Shown one piece after another: positions 56,515 to 63,910 of a DNA stretch of 64,000 nt. The position numbers and the translations under genes are program-made. The stretch comes from a virus. Lineage: Duplodnaviria > Caudoviricetes. The stretch covers positions 1-64,000 of the IMG/VR virus record IMGVR_UViG_3300021400_001580; one strand, given 5' to 3'. Positions within the stretch are counted from its first letter, which is position 1, and each line of letters starts with the position of its first letter. The notes under the pieces were generated by a model. It saw only the letters and a list, made by a program, of their open reading frames with translations. It searched no databases and was not told where the DNA came from.

Positions 56515-56722
56515 ATTTTTTGATTTGTTCTTCCTGCTTTTTCAGTAGGGCAAGAGTATCGTCAGCTAACACATTTATGCATGATCTCCAAACAGTAAAG
56601 GCATTCATGATGCCTTGATCTTTGTATGGGCACTCATCGCATCTATTCTTCTCGGGTTGAACGTTCCGTCGGCTCCACTTACAACATTCTAGTCCTTTGA
56701 TAACCATCGCTCTATTGGCCAT
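56462..56722 (-). CDS. Small phage protein of the 'IKGLECC...CPY...ALLKKQE' family
   Basis: MANRAMVIKGLECC...CDECPY...DTLALLKKQEE. Confidence 0.65.
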   Translation of the reverse strand: MANRAMVIKGLECCKWSRRNVQPEKNRCDECPYKDQGIMNAFTVWRSCINVLADDTLALLKKQEEQIKKFELERNWDEHPDTMGKW

Positions 56723-56727
56723 TTATT

Positions 56728-57060
56728 TTAGTATCCTTCCTGTGTTGGTTTTACAACGCAAATCCTCGCTTCAATTTCTGTAACATCTGCCATTGGTGGA
56801 TATTTATTCTTGTTGCAAAAAAATTCTACATATCCTTCAGCAACGAGTTTTCTCGCTAGTTTATTTGCCATATCTGTTTTCACAAATTCGATTTCATGCA
56901 TAAAATAATTTGGAACAACATTTCCTATCTTAAGCGTTTTAACATCTCTAGGAATTGTTATAATAGAAACGCGGGATTTTAGTGCTTGTTCTGCTATTAT
57001 TCGTCTTTTGATTTCTCTATATAAACGATTTTGGTTACGCTTGTATGATTTTTTATTCAT
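56728..57060 (-). CDS. Hypothetical basic protein (110 aa)
   Basis: Start MNKKSY overlaps the upstream TGA (ATGA). Confidence 0.6.
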   Translation of the reverse strand: MNKKSYKRNQNRLYREIKRRIIAEQALKSRVSIITIPRDVKTLKIGNVVPNYFMHEIEFVKTDMANKLARKLVAEGYVEFFCNKNKYPPMADVTEIEARICVVKPTQEGY

Positions 57061-57326
57061 TTCAATTTTCTCATCTTTCCACAATTAGGACAGAAATTCA
57101 TTGGAAATGGATTTCCTTCTGAGTCGGTATCACACCAATATTCGCCGCAATGCATACAACGAATATGGTGTCCATCTTTTACAAATACTGTTTCCTACTC
57201 GTTCAACGCATGTATAGCTACATCGAAGTACATTTGACAGCGACTGTTCACCTTCATTGGAGCATACCTGGCCAATTCTTCCGCGGCTTTTCGTAGACCG
57301 TCAATAATACTATCCTTATTAATCAT
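57057..57326 (-). CDS. Small Zn-ribbon protein (89 aa, one TAG)
   Basis: Not in the track. MINKDSIIDGLRKAAEELA...ALNE*ETVFVKDGHHIRCMHCG...NFCPNCGK-TGA. Confidence 0.65.
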
Positions 57327-57705
57327 TCCACTTCACCTTTCTTTTGCAATGTGGGCAATAGTCCTCTCCAGCAGGTAGTTTCTCAAGACAATACCCGCAT
57401 ACCAGCCATTGTCTGAACCCATGTTTACTCATGCGCAGTTTTGGCCTTACAGACTCCTGCTCTTTCCTCCGTGGAGTAGGCTCCAGCTTAGTCGGAATCC
57501 TTAATGGATTGATTTTCTTCACGTCTTCCATAGTCAAAGTATGCGGCGTTCTCGTCTATTCTTGGAGCAATGTAAGAGCATCTCTCATTAAATCCGCTTT
57601 GCATTCCGCTCTGGAAACGAGATTCTTGTACTCATATGGACATCCCTCTTTGCAACCATTGATGCAGACTTCAAGCCATTGCATCACTTTCTCCCTGTCA
57701 GGCAT
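57319..57705 (-). CDS. Small Zn-ribbon protein (128 aa, one TAG)
   Basis: GGAGGTG RBS. MPDREKVMQWLEVC...CPY...DALTLLQE*TRTPH, continuing into track ORF 57319..57537 (CGYC...YCPHC). Confidence 0.65.
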
Positions 57706-57711
57706 CGGCGC

Positions 57712-57867
57712 TCACCTCCATCTCTGTTCCAGTTTGAAATTCATCGTCCCGAACTTCCGCTTTTTCAGATAGTGCCATGCAAGCGCAACCAGCCCGCAAA
57801 ACAAATTTTTCTGTGGATAGAAGAACGGCTGTCCCTGACAGGTCACAACAACCACCCACTCAGGCAT
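57712..57867 (-). CDS. Small hypothetical protein (51 aa)
   Basis: GGAGGTG RBS, MPEWVVVVTCQGQPFFY...; shares a start cassette with the next gene. Confidence 0.5.
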   Translation of the reverse strand: MPEWVVVVTCQGQPFFYPQKNLFCGLVALAWHYLKKRKFGTMNFKLEQRWR

Positions 57868-58072
57868 CCCCGCTCACCTCCTCCGGTTGTTCCGCGACTG
57901 TCTTCACCGCTAATAAAATCGCAGCAAGCTCAGCTTTGGTGAAGTCTGTTTTTCTCACACGCACTTCAGATACCGTGTTCGTTGCTGTCTCCATCGTCTG
58001 CGGAAGCGAAATGACTATTCGGTTTCTATTTTTTTCATATGTGATTGAATATTCATTACAGGTTACTATCAT
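57860..58072 (-). CDS. Hypothetical protein (70 aa)
   Basis: ORF in a packed operon. Confidence 0.55.
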   Translation of the reverse strand: MIVTCNEYSITYEKNRNRIVISLPQTMETATNTVSEVRVRKTDFTKAELAAILLAVKTVAEQPEEVSGDA

Positions 58073-58122
58073 CTTCGGCTACTCTCCACTCAAATCCTTT
58101 GATTACCTGCTCTATGTTAGCA

Positions 58123-58377
58123 TCAATTGGTTTCATTGTTTTTTACCATCCTTGCGCGAACAATGTCAGCTGCTTCATAAATATTGTCTGCCTGTACTTT
58201 GTATCGGACCTGGTGGCAGCACGTACAAGTGAATAACCATTCGTGTCTAATTCCATCAGGCGCACTGGAGAAATCAATAATTTTATTTTCAAAAACGCGC
58301 ATCAAAGCACCGCACGCGGGGCAACTAATATCACTTGAGTGCCTAACATTGACTGTTTTCATTCTACTCTGCCTCAA
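58123..58377 (-). CDS. Zn-ribbon protein, Lar-like size and pattern (84 aa)
   Basis: SCPACG...FTCTCC. Resemblance to restriction-alleviation Lar proteins is pattern-level only. Confidence 0.5.
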   Translation of the reverse strand: MRQSRMKTVNVRHSSDISCPACGALMRVFENKIIDFSSAPDGIRHEWLFTCTCCHQVRYKVQADNIYEAADIVRARMVKNNETN

Positions 58378-58658
58378 TTCATTAAAATGTCTTTGGCCAT
58401 CTGCAAACCGCTACATAGACCTATATGTTTTTGTAGTGCTCCTGTTCTACAAACAACAATTTGAGCTTCTGTAATCTGTTTCAACCACTTTAATTTCTGT
58501 TCTTCTTGTTCTGTCAATAGCGCAAGGGCATCATGCGCGAACATTTTGATTTCATCCTCGGTGTATTCATCAAATGCTCTGCTCGGCGCGACGTAAACTT
58601 CATTTAGCCAATTTAAAGCACAATGTCTATCCATTTCTTTTGCTGATTCAAGCGTCAT
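58374..58658 (-). CDS. Small phage protein with DALALLTEQE motif (94 aa)
   Basis: Paralogous motif with the 56462, 57057 and 57319 genes. Confidence 0.6.
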   Translation of the reverse strand: MTLESAKEMDRHCALNWLNEVYVAPSRAFDEYTEDEIKMFAHDALALLTEQEEQKLKWLKQITEAQIVVCRTGALQKHIGLCSGLQMAKDILMN

Positions 58659-58662
58659 TCTT

Positions 58663-58848
58663 TTACCGATCCTTCTCTTCTTTTAACATTTCAAATATCT
58701 GACAAATGTGTTTTGCGTTAATGCCTATTCCCTTTGTCACATCTGTTAAAGCCTTTATATCCTGTTGATTTTGATATGTTCCAAACGCAGAATACACGGA
58801 TAAAACAGTGACCAATACAATCAAAATAATTACTGCTATCATTCTCAC
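58663..58848 (-). CDS. Small membrane protein (61 aa)
   Basis: N-terminal hydrophobic helix; first gene behind the promoter at 58868-58896. Confidence 0.55.
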   Translation of the reverse strand: MRMIAVIILIVLVTVLSVYSAFGTYQNQQDIKALTDVTKGIGINAKHICQIFEMLKEEKDR

Positions 58849-58867
58849 TTCACCAATTTTTTCTTTT

Positions 58868-58896
58868 ATTATAGCATAATTTTATTTACTTGTCAA
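58868..58896 (-). promoter_or_regulatory. Sigma-A promoter, extended -10
   Basis: TTGACA-17-(TG)cTATAAT. Confidence 0.85.
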
Positions 58897-59250
58897 ATGA
58901 AAAATTGAATTATCACGTTTATCTGTGACCGCTCGTAAATTTAATTCCACGTCTAAAGAGAAGCTATCTACACAAGAAAGTTCAGGGTTGCCTTCCCATC
59001 CTCCATAAATGCTAGTTGTATCATTTGTCATTTGCATTGTTTGAAGTACTGGTACAGCTAACATACTAAGATATACTTCTTTTCCGTTCATATTTTTAAT
59101 ATTATTTGGTAATTTGAAAATGAAATTCGCGGCTTCACCAGAAGCTAAATCTATTTCCGTCATATTGATATTCTTTGTGCCACAGAACGCACACTTCGGC
59201 GCAAAAATATCAAGGGCAGCACCACAATTACAACAATTTGTTTTACTCAT
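58882..59250 (-). CDS. Zn-ribbon hypothetical protein (122 aa)
   Basis: AGGAG RBS; MSKTNCCNCGAALD...KCAFCGT. Confidence 0.65.
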   Translation of the reverse strand: MSKTNCCNCGAALDIFAPKCAFCGTKNINMTEIDLASGEAANFIFKLPNNIKNMNGKEVYLSMLAVPVLQTMQMTNDTTSIYGGWEGNPELSCVDSFSLDVELNLRAVTDKRDNSIFHLTSK

Positions 59251-59261
59251 TTTAACTCCTC

Positions 59262-59499
59262 GCGGCGGTTTGCGCGCCAGCGCAAACATGCGCCGCATTT
59301 ATTATATTTTTATTATATTAATTTTATTATATTTTATTATATTATGTGTGTCTTCACGACACGGATGAAGAGTGTTCTCACGACACACCTTCCGGATTTG
59401 AAGACACACATCAAGTGTGTCTTCACGACATACCTGTGTTCTCAAAACATACATTGATAAAGTGTGTCGTGAAGACACAGGTGTGTCTTCAAAACATAC
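59262..59499. repeat. Candidate replication origin: GC hairpin + 49-nt pure A/T tract + seven ~19-bp iterons
   Basis: Iterons of consensus GTGTGTCTTCACGACA(C/T)AC at 59346, 59370, 59398 (inverted, partial), 59415, 59434, 59462 (inverted) and 59481. Only A/T at 59297-59345. GC stem-loop at 59262-59296. Confidence 0.8.
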
Positions 59500-59500
59500 A

Positions 59501-59836
59501 TCACTCCATAATTTTTTTATACATAATCTTAAGATATTTATATGGCTCATATTCTAAGAAACCACGTTCAATAAGCGCATCGCGCGCAATATTATAACGT
59601 TTATGGTCAAAATTACACGCTTTAAGAATGGTTGCTTCTGCTGGGTGAAAATCACCATTTTGCCGCTGAAAAATTAAATAGAGTAATAAAGTTTTTTGTG
59701 CGCCGCTTTTATTATCAATTTTTTGGTTGATTTTTTCAAACATTTCGGGCGCGATTTGATAAAATAAGTTCTCTTCATTATAAGTAGATTTATCTACATC
59801 GCTCAATAATGCGAGCGCTTTCTTTTCCGCTGCCAT
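59501..59836 (-). CDS. Winged-helix protein, putative replication initiator (111 aa)
   Basis: AGGAGGT RBS sets the start at MAAEKK. TLLLYLIFQRQNGDFHPAEATILKACNFDHKRYNIARDALIERGFL resembles phage initiator N-terminal wHTH. Abuts the iterons. Confidence 0.6.
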   Translation of the reverse strand: MAAEKKALALLSDVDKSTYNEENLFYQIAPEMFEKINQKIDNKSGAQKTLLLYLIFQRQNGDFHPAEATILKACNFDHKRYNIARDALIERGFLEYEPYKYLKIMYKKIME

Positions 59837-59855
59837 AACCTGAATACCTCCTGAA

Positions 59856-60038
59856 TTACCGCTTAGCCATTTTTGTAGCTGTGGGGATTGCCGCGCGGAG
59901 TTCAGGAGTATCTTCAAACCAATATACATCATATTGTGGCTTCTTTATATTTGGAGATACTTTTATAATTTTAAATCCTAACTCTCTTAATGCGGCCGCC
60001 ACTCGCGGCATATAAATAATATAAAGTTTATCTGTCAT
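59856..60038 (-). CDS. Conserved phage protein (DUF5659-like), 60 aa
   Basis: IYMPRVAAALRELGF...PNIKKPQYDVYWFEDTPEL pattern recalled for DUF5659; not verified. Confidence 0.55.
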   Translation of the reverse strand: MTDKLYIIYMPRVAAALRELGFKIIKVSPNIKKPQYDVYWFEDTPELRAAIPTATKMAKR

Positions 60039-60234
60039 CTTTCATAGCCTCTTCTATTTTATCTAGCAATTTTACCGATGGATTCTTAGTTCCTTTAAAA
60101 ATACGACTTAAATGTTCCTGACTGCACCCAATACGATTCGCTGCTTCAGTTTGCGTCCATCCTTTATTATATACAAACAATTCATATTGTTTTATAATGT
60201 CTCGTGTCAATTTTCTCACCTGCCTCAAAGACAT
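60028..60234 (-). CDS. XRE/Cro-like HTH transcriptional regulator (68 aa)
   Basis: KGWTQTEAANRIGCSQEHLSRIFKGTKNPS. Confidence 0.85.
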   Translation of the reverse strand: MSLRQVRKLTRDIIKQYELFVYNKGWTQTEAANRIGCSQEHLSRIFKGTKNPSVKLLDKIEEAMKDDR

Positions 60235-60241
60235 AATCTAG

Positions 60242-60281
60242 AACAAAAGAAACATGACCTATCCACTATAGAATAAGTCAT
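60242..60281 (-). terminator. Possible terminator upstream of the Cro-like gene
   Basis: Imperfect 11-bp stem ATGACTTATTC/GGATAGGTCAT followed by GTTTCTTTTGTT on the minus strand. Confidence 0.45.
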
Positions 60282-60296
60282 AATATTACCTTTAAA

Positions 60297-60833
60297 TTAT
60301 AGTAATTCTTGCTGCTCTCTAACAAATTTTTTTACGGCATCGGCGCTTGTAAATACATATCCACTTTGATATGCCTCCGGATTAAATAAATATGCAACCT
60401 GTTCGCGCCGCCATTTATCTTTTCTATAATCTTCAAGCGGCCATCCCAATTCAATTGCCAATTCATCATCAGGAATTATAACTCGCTCGGCATTATTTGC
60501 AAATGGGTCAATTTTTTCCCACCCAAAGTCCTCACTATAGGTAGCCGGATAAAATTCATCCGTATCATATGTTTCATTCAGATAACCCTTCACCCTATTA
60601 AAGCAAAAGCTCCAACATTCAAACTTTCTGATTAGCGGCAAAAAGACTACGAATGAATAGCAAGATGAATCTTCCCAGAAAGGATTATCGCGCCAGTGTT
60701 CAATATCATCGATATTTCTCCCGTGAGGCACGCTAAAAGATTGGTCTGTATTATACGCGCCGACAAGAGTATCATTAATCGGAAAATTTTCAATACAATT
60801 TTTAAACGTCATATTGCACATACTCCTTACCAA
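60297..60833 (-). CDS. Hypothetical protein (~178 aa)
   Basis: Long ORF ending TAA, aromatic-rich. No family recognised. Confidence 0.6.
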   Translation of the reverse strand: MVRSMCNMTFKNCIENFPINDTLVGAYNTDQSFSVPHGRNIDDIEHWRDNPFWEDSSCYSFVVFLPLIRKFECWSFCFNRVKGYLNETYDTDEFYPATYSEDFGWEKIDPFANNAERVIIPDDELAIELGWPLEDYRKDKWRREQVAYLFNPEAYQSGYVFTSADAVKKFVREQQELL

Positions 60834-61162
60834 TCATACATTAGGAAAAGCTTTCTTGGGTCTTCATCCTCTTGCCATCCTATATATTCATCGCGTAACT
60901 CACAAAGCTGAGGCACAGTATTATATGTTCCCCAATAGTCTTTATAATTACAAGCTACTTTAATCATTTCTTCAATATTTTCCAATGATAGCTCAATGGC
61001 ATCGCCGCTCTTATAGTCACGCGGGATAAAAGAGCAATTTTCAACTAAATCCCAAAATTTACGAGCGTAGAACTTTTCCTGAACCTGCGCAGATTCCCAC
61101 CACTTTTCATGCTTGAAAACTTCTCTATTGCGCGCGCTATATACATACAAATCCATTCCCAT
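60827..61162 (-). CDS. Hypothetical protein (111 aa)
   Basis: MGMDLYVYS... type of small phage protein in a packed operon. Confidence 0.65.
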   Translation of the reverse strand: MGMDLYVYSARNREVFKHEKWWESAQVQEKFYARKFWDLVENCSFIPRDYKSGDAIELSLENIEEMIKVACNYKDYWGTYNTVPQLCELRDEYIGWQEDEDPRKLFLMYDW

Positions 61163-61368
61163 TATTCATTCTCCTCTTCCCAATCAATTTGTTCTCCACA
61201 ATAAGGACAATAATTCCAAGATTTATAAAAACGAGCTTCTTCTACGCTTCTTCCACAATTACCACAGCAAGCGGTCGTGCCTTTAGTGGTATGCGGCCCA
61301 ATTTCATCGTAATAAGGCGATTGAAGGGTATAATGTGTAAAAGTATATTCTTTAAATTTTATTTTCAT
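61162..61368 (-). CDS. Zn-ribbon protein (68 aa)
   Basis: CCGNCG...YCPYCGEQIDW. Confidence 0.7.
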   Translation of the reverse strand: MKIKFKEYTFTHYTLQSPYYDEIGPHTTKGTTACCGNCGRSVEEARFYKSWNYCPYCGEQIDWEEENE

Positions 61369-61550
61369 TATTCATCATCCTTTCTCACAGATTCTTTTGG
61401 TAGAACACAACGATAAGGGATGCCATCATCTGGATAAAACATTACGTTACCACCATTTTTAGCAGTAAAAGTAAAATCAATCATACCAGATTTTCCTTTA
61501 ACAGGAGCGATTGGATTGTCTTCAATTGCTATGCCATGCACTTTTTCCAT
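61368..61550 (-). CDS. Hypothetical protein (60 aa)
   Basis: First ORF behind the promoter at 61583-61610, with an RBS. Confidence 0.6.
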   Translation of the reverse strand: MEKVHGIAIEDNPIAPVKGKSGMIDFTFTAKNGGNVMFYPDDGIPYRCVLPKESVRKDDE

Positions 61551-61582
61551 TAATTTGTCATCCTTTCTCTTTTTCTATAGTA

Positions 61583-61610
61583 ATTATAACATAAATTTAA
61601 GAAAAGTCAA
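61583..61610 (-). promoter_or_regulatory. Sigma-A promoter (16-bp spacer, extended -10)
   Basis: TTGACT-16-(TG)tTATAAT. Confidence 0.75.
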
Positions 61611-61612
61611 AT

Positions 61613-61640
61613 AGGAGGAGTTGAAGTTTCAACTCCCCTT
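61613..61640 (-). terminator. Stem-loop downstream of the permease operon
   Basis: GGGGAGTTGAA-ac-TTCAACTCCTCC inverted repeat with a weak U-tract. Confidence 0.55.
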
Positions 61641-61726
61641 ATTTTATTTCCATTGAAAATAGTCAATTACTTTCCATATAAGTACTGTTATACAGATAAT
61701 GATTGTAATTATAATAATTACATCTT

Positions 61727-62989
61727 TCATACTTGCTTTTCCTTTAATATGAGATTAAGTATAATACCTACAATCATGGCTAATGCAGTTGTACCGATAC
61801 TTACAATTCCAAAATTACAAACCGCACCGGAAACACCAAGTGTTAAGACAGCTGCGATAATAGTAACATTCTTATTATTATTTAAATCAATATTACTATC
61901 TTTAATAGTGCGAATACCCGATAGAGTAATGTAGCCATAGAGAATGGCTGCGCAACCGCCAAAAATGGCGCTTGGAATACTTACAAGGAAGGCTTGAAGA
62001 GGACCAATAAATGCGGCAATACCCATAATGATTGCAGCTAATGTAATCACATATTTAGAACAAATTTTACTAAATCCAGTGGTGCCGACTGACTCCCCGT
62101 AACTGGTGTTCGGGGTCGCGCCAATTAGAGTGCCAAGAGCTGTAGCTGCACCATCACCCATTAGAGTGTGTCCAAGGCCGGGCTTTTGTGTCAAATCAGT
62201 TCCGATAACCGCACTTAGTGCCTTGTGGTCTGATGTATGCTCACAAATTGTAACTAAGCTTAGTGGTAGGAATAGTAAAAGAATCTGTGGCAGATAACTC
62301 CAATCCCAAGTTCCAAAATGTAAGAAGGCAAAATCAGGTAGCTGAAAAATCTTTACACCATTAAATACGCTAAAATTAATAATTGGTACTCCACAAACTG
62401 TTAGAATTGCGGCGAAAGCATATACAATTAGAATTGCTACAAGGAAAGGTAGATTCTTAATAAATCCTTTTCCATAGTGAGAAATTAATGCAGTAATAAT
62501 AAGTGTAAGCATACCAAGTCCAAATCCAATTAGACTATACTGTCCATTAATTTGGAAATATGTAGGGATAAAAGTTGCAAGGTTCAGACCAATAACTGCT
62601 ACGATTGGGCCTATTACAACTGGAGGTAATACTTTATTAATCCAAGCAGTACCGAAATGATTGATTGCTAGACCCACCGCGAAATATACAATACAAACAA
62701 TTAGGCCGCCAATAAATACCGCAAGATAGTTAGGCGCAGTTCCAAGTGCTAATGCACCAAGTACGGCTGCAACAAATGCGCCCGAAGAGCTAATAAACAT
62801 TGGTGATTGGCCTTTAGTAAATAGCTGATATAACAGTGTGCCTAAAGCAGCGCCTAACATAGCTGGTGCGATAGGTACTCCACAAATCTGTGGAATTAGT
62901 ACAGTAGCAACGAAACAAGCAATTACCTGCTGCATTGCTGCGACAAAGAGCCTCTTTGCAGGTAGCTTATCATTAATTCCATATAACAT
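61727..62989 (-). CDS. NCS2-family nucleobase permease (UraA/PyrP-like), 420 aa, TAG-free
   Basis: MQQVIACFVATVLIP, PMFISSSGAF, LPPVVIGPIVAVIGL, TICEHTSDHKA, GDGAAT, PNTSYGES, PSAIFGG and DLNNNKN match NCS2 signature positions. ~13-14 hydrophobic segments. Confidence 0.92.
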   Translation of the reverse strand: MLYGINDKLPAKRLFVAAMQQVIACFVATVLIPQICGVPIAPAMLGAALGTLLYQLFTKGQSPMFISSSGAFVAAVLGALALGTAPNYLAVFIGGLIVCIVYFAVGLAINHFGTAWINKVLPPVVIGPIVAVIGLNLATFIPTYFQINGQYSLIGFGLGMLTLIITALISHYGKGFIKNLPFLVAILIVYAFAAILTVCGVPIINFSVFNGVKIFQLPDFAFLHFGTWDWSYLPQILLLFLPLSLVTICEHTSDHKALSAVIGTDLTQKPGLGHTLMGDGAATALGTLIGATPNTSYGESVGTTGFSKICSKYVITLAAIIMGIAAFIGPLQAFLVSIPSAIFGGCAAILYGYITLSGIRTIKDSNIDLNNNKNVTIIAAVLTLGVSGAVCNFGIVSIGTTALAMIVGIILNLILKEKQV

Positions 62990-62994
62990 AATAT

Positions 62995-63357
62995 TTACCT
63001 CTTTCCTGAATTAGTATAAGTTTTAGGAGCGTTTATCCAATCTCCTGTTAATGAATCCTTATAATCACTACCGCCCACTACTGGAGTTACATTTGTAGCA
63101 TGTATGGTAGGGTCTGGATGAGCGTGAGAAGTGTCTGAAGTACAAGTAATTTCTCGCCACCATGGTGGATATGTCCAATCTGATGCATTATTTCGAGAAC
63201 AATCACATTGCCTTACCCATGGAGCATTAATGCGGCCGCAGCGAGGACATTCCCAACCTTGCTCTGCTTTAGGCTAAGTATATGGACAATGCCAAGTTGT
63301 ACTTGTGCCAGCACCTGTCGTTGTGTCTCCAACCTAAACTTTATTATCTACTGTCAT
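62995..63357 (-). CDS. Small Zn-finger protein (120 aa, 2 in-frame TAG)
   Basis: Not in the track. GGAGG RBS, MTVDNKV*VGD...PYT*PKAEQGWECPRCGRINAPWVRQCDC...-TAA; fills the gap between NDT2 and the permease exactly. Confidence 0.7.
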
Positions 63358-63360
63358 ATG

Positions 63361-63909
63361 TTACCTCCAATCAGATATTGTCTCGACTGAATTTTCTTTA
63401 AATTCATTTTCGTGTTCTTTAATAAATGCAATAGCGTCATCAATATTGCTAACAAGAATGCCACCTTGCTTAATTAGACCAGTAACATAAAGATTCTGAT
63501 AGCTATATTGCTGTTCTCCTAATGAAGCGGCACCACCCTTATCCTTAGCTTCGCTATGTGTTAGAAACATTTGTCTGTTATCAGTGCAAATACCAACAAT
63601 ATATTTATGGTCGCCGCGCTCAATCTTCTCATGAAACTTACCGATTTCGGCGCAAGTTCCACTAGGCAGTACGTCGCCATCAATACAGGCGATGAGAATA
63701 TCGGTTTTATTTAGCCGAATGTTGTCTCCATTTGCAATTTCTTGGGAACCCGCAAATTTCTTTTTTCCTTCCACTCCATTGATATCTGTATTTTCAACAG
63801 GAGAATATAGATCTACTTCAGGAATAGCATCACGAATTTTTTTCGCCCATTCAGTATTACGCAAAAGGTCACCATAAGTAAAGATTGGGCCAGCTAAATA
63901 AATTCTCAT
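63361..63909 (-). CDS. Nucleoside 2-deoxyribosyltransferase family protein 2 (182 aa)
   Basis: MRIYLAGPIF, YSPVEN, GDNIRLNKTDILIACID and SGTCAEIG (catalytic Tyr/Asp/Glu pattern). Confidence 0.85.
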   Translation of the reverse strand: MRIYLAGPIFTYGDLLRNTEWAKKIRDAIPEVDLYSPVENTDINGVEGKKKFAGSQEIANGDNIRLNKTDILIACIDGDVLPSGTCAEIGKFHEKIERGDHKYIVGICTDNRQMFLTHSEAKDKGGAASLGEQQYSYQNLYVTGLIKQGGILVSNIDDAIAFIKEHENEFKENSVETISDWR

Positions 63910-63910
63910 A

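Noticed and set aside
59346-59499. Mini-CRISPR array
   Set aside because: Units are ~19 bp, occur in both orientations, are separated by 0-10 bp rather than unique 30-40-bp spacers, and no cas gene is present. An iteron/operator reading fits better.
61727-62989. Host chromosome beyond a prophage boundary
   Set aside because: The permease is flanked on both sides by phage-type small ORFs, a TAG-containing gene and phage-type promoters, with no integrase or att-like junction. It is provisionally treated as phage-encoded.
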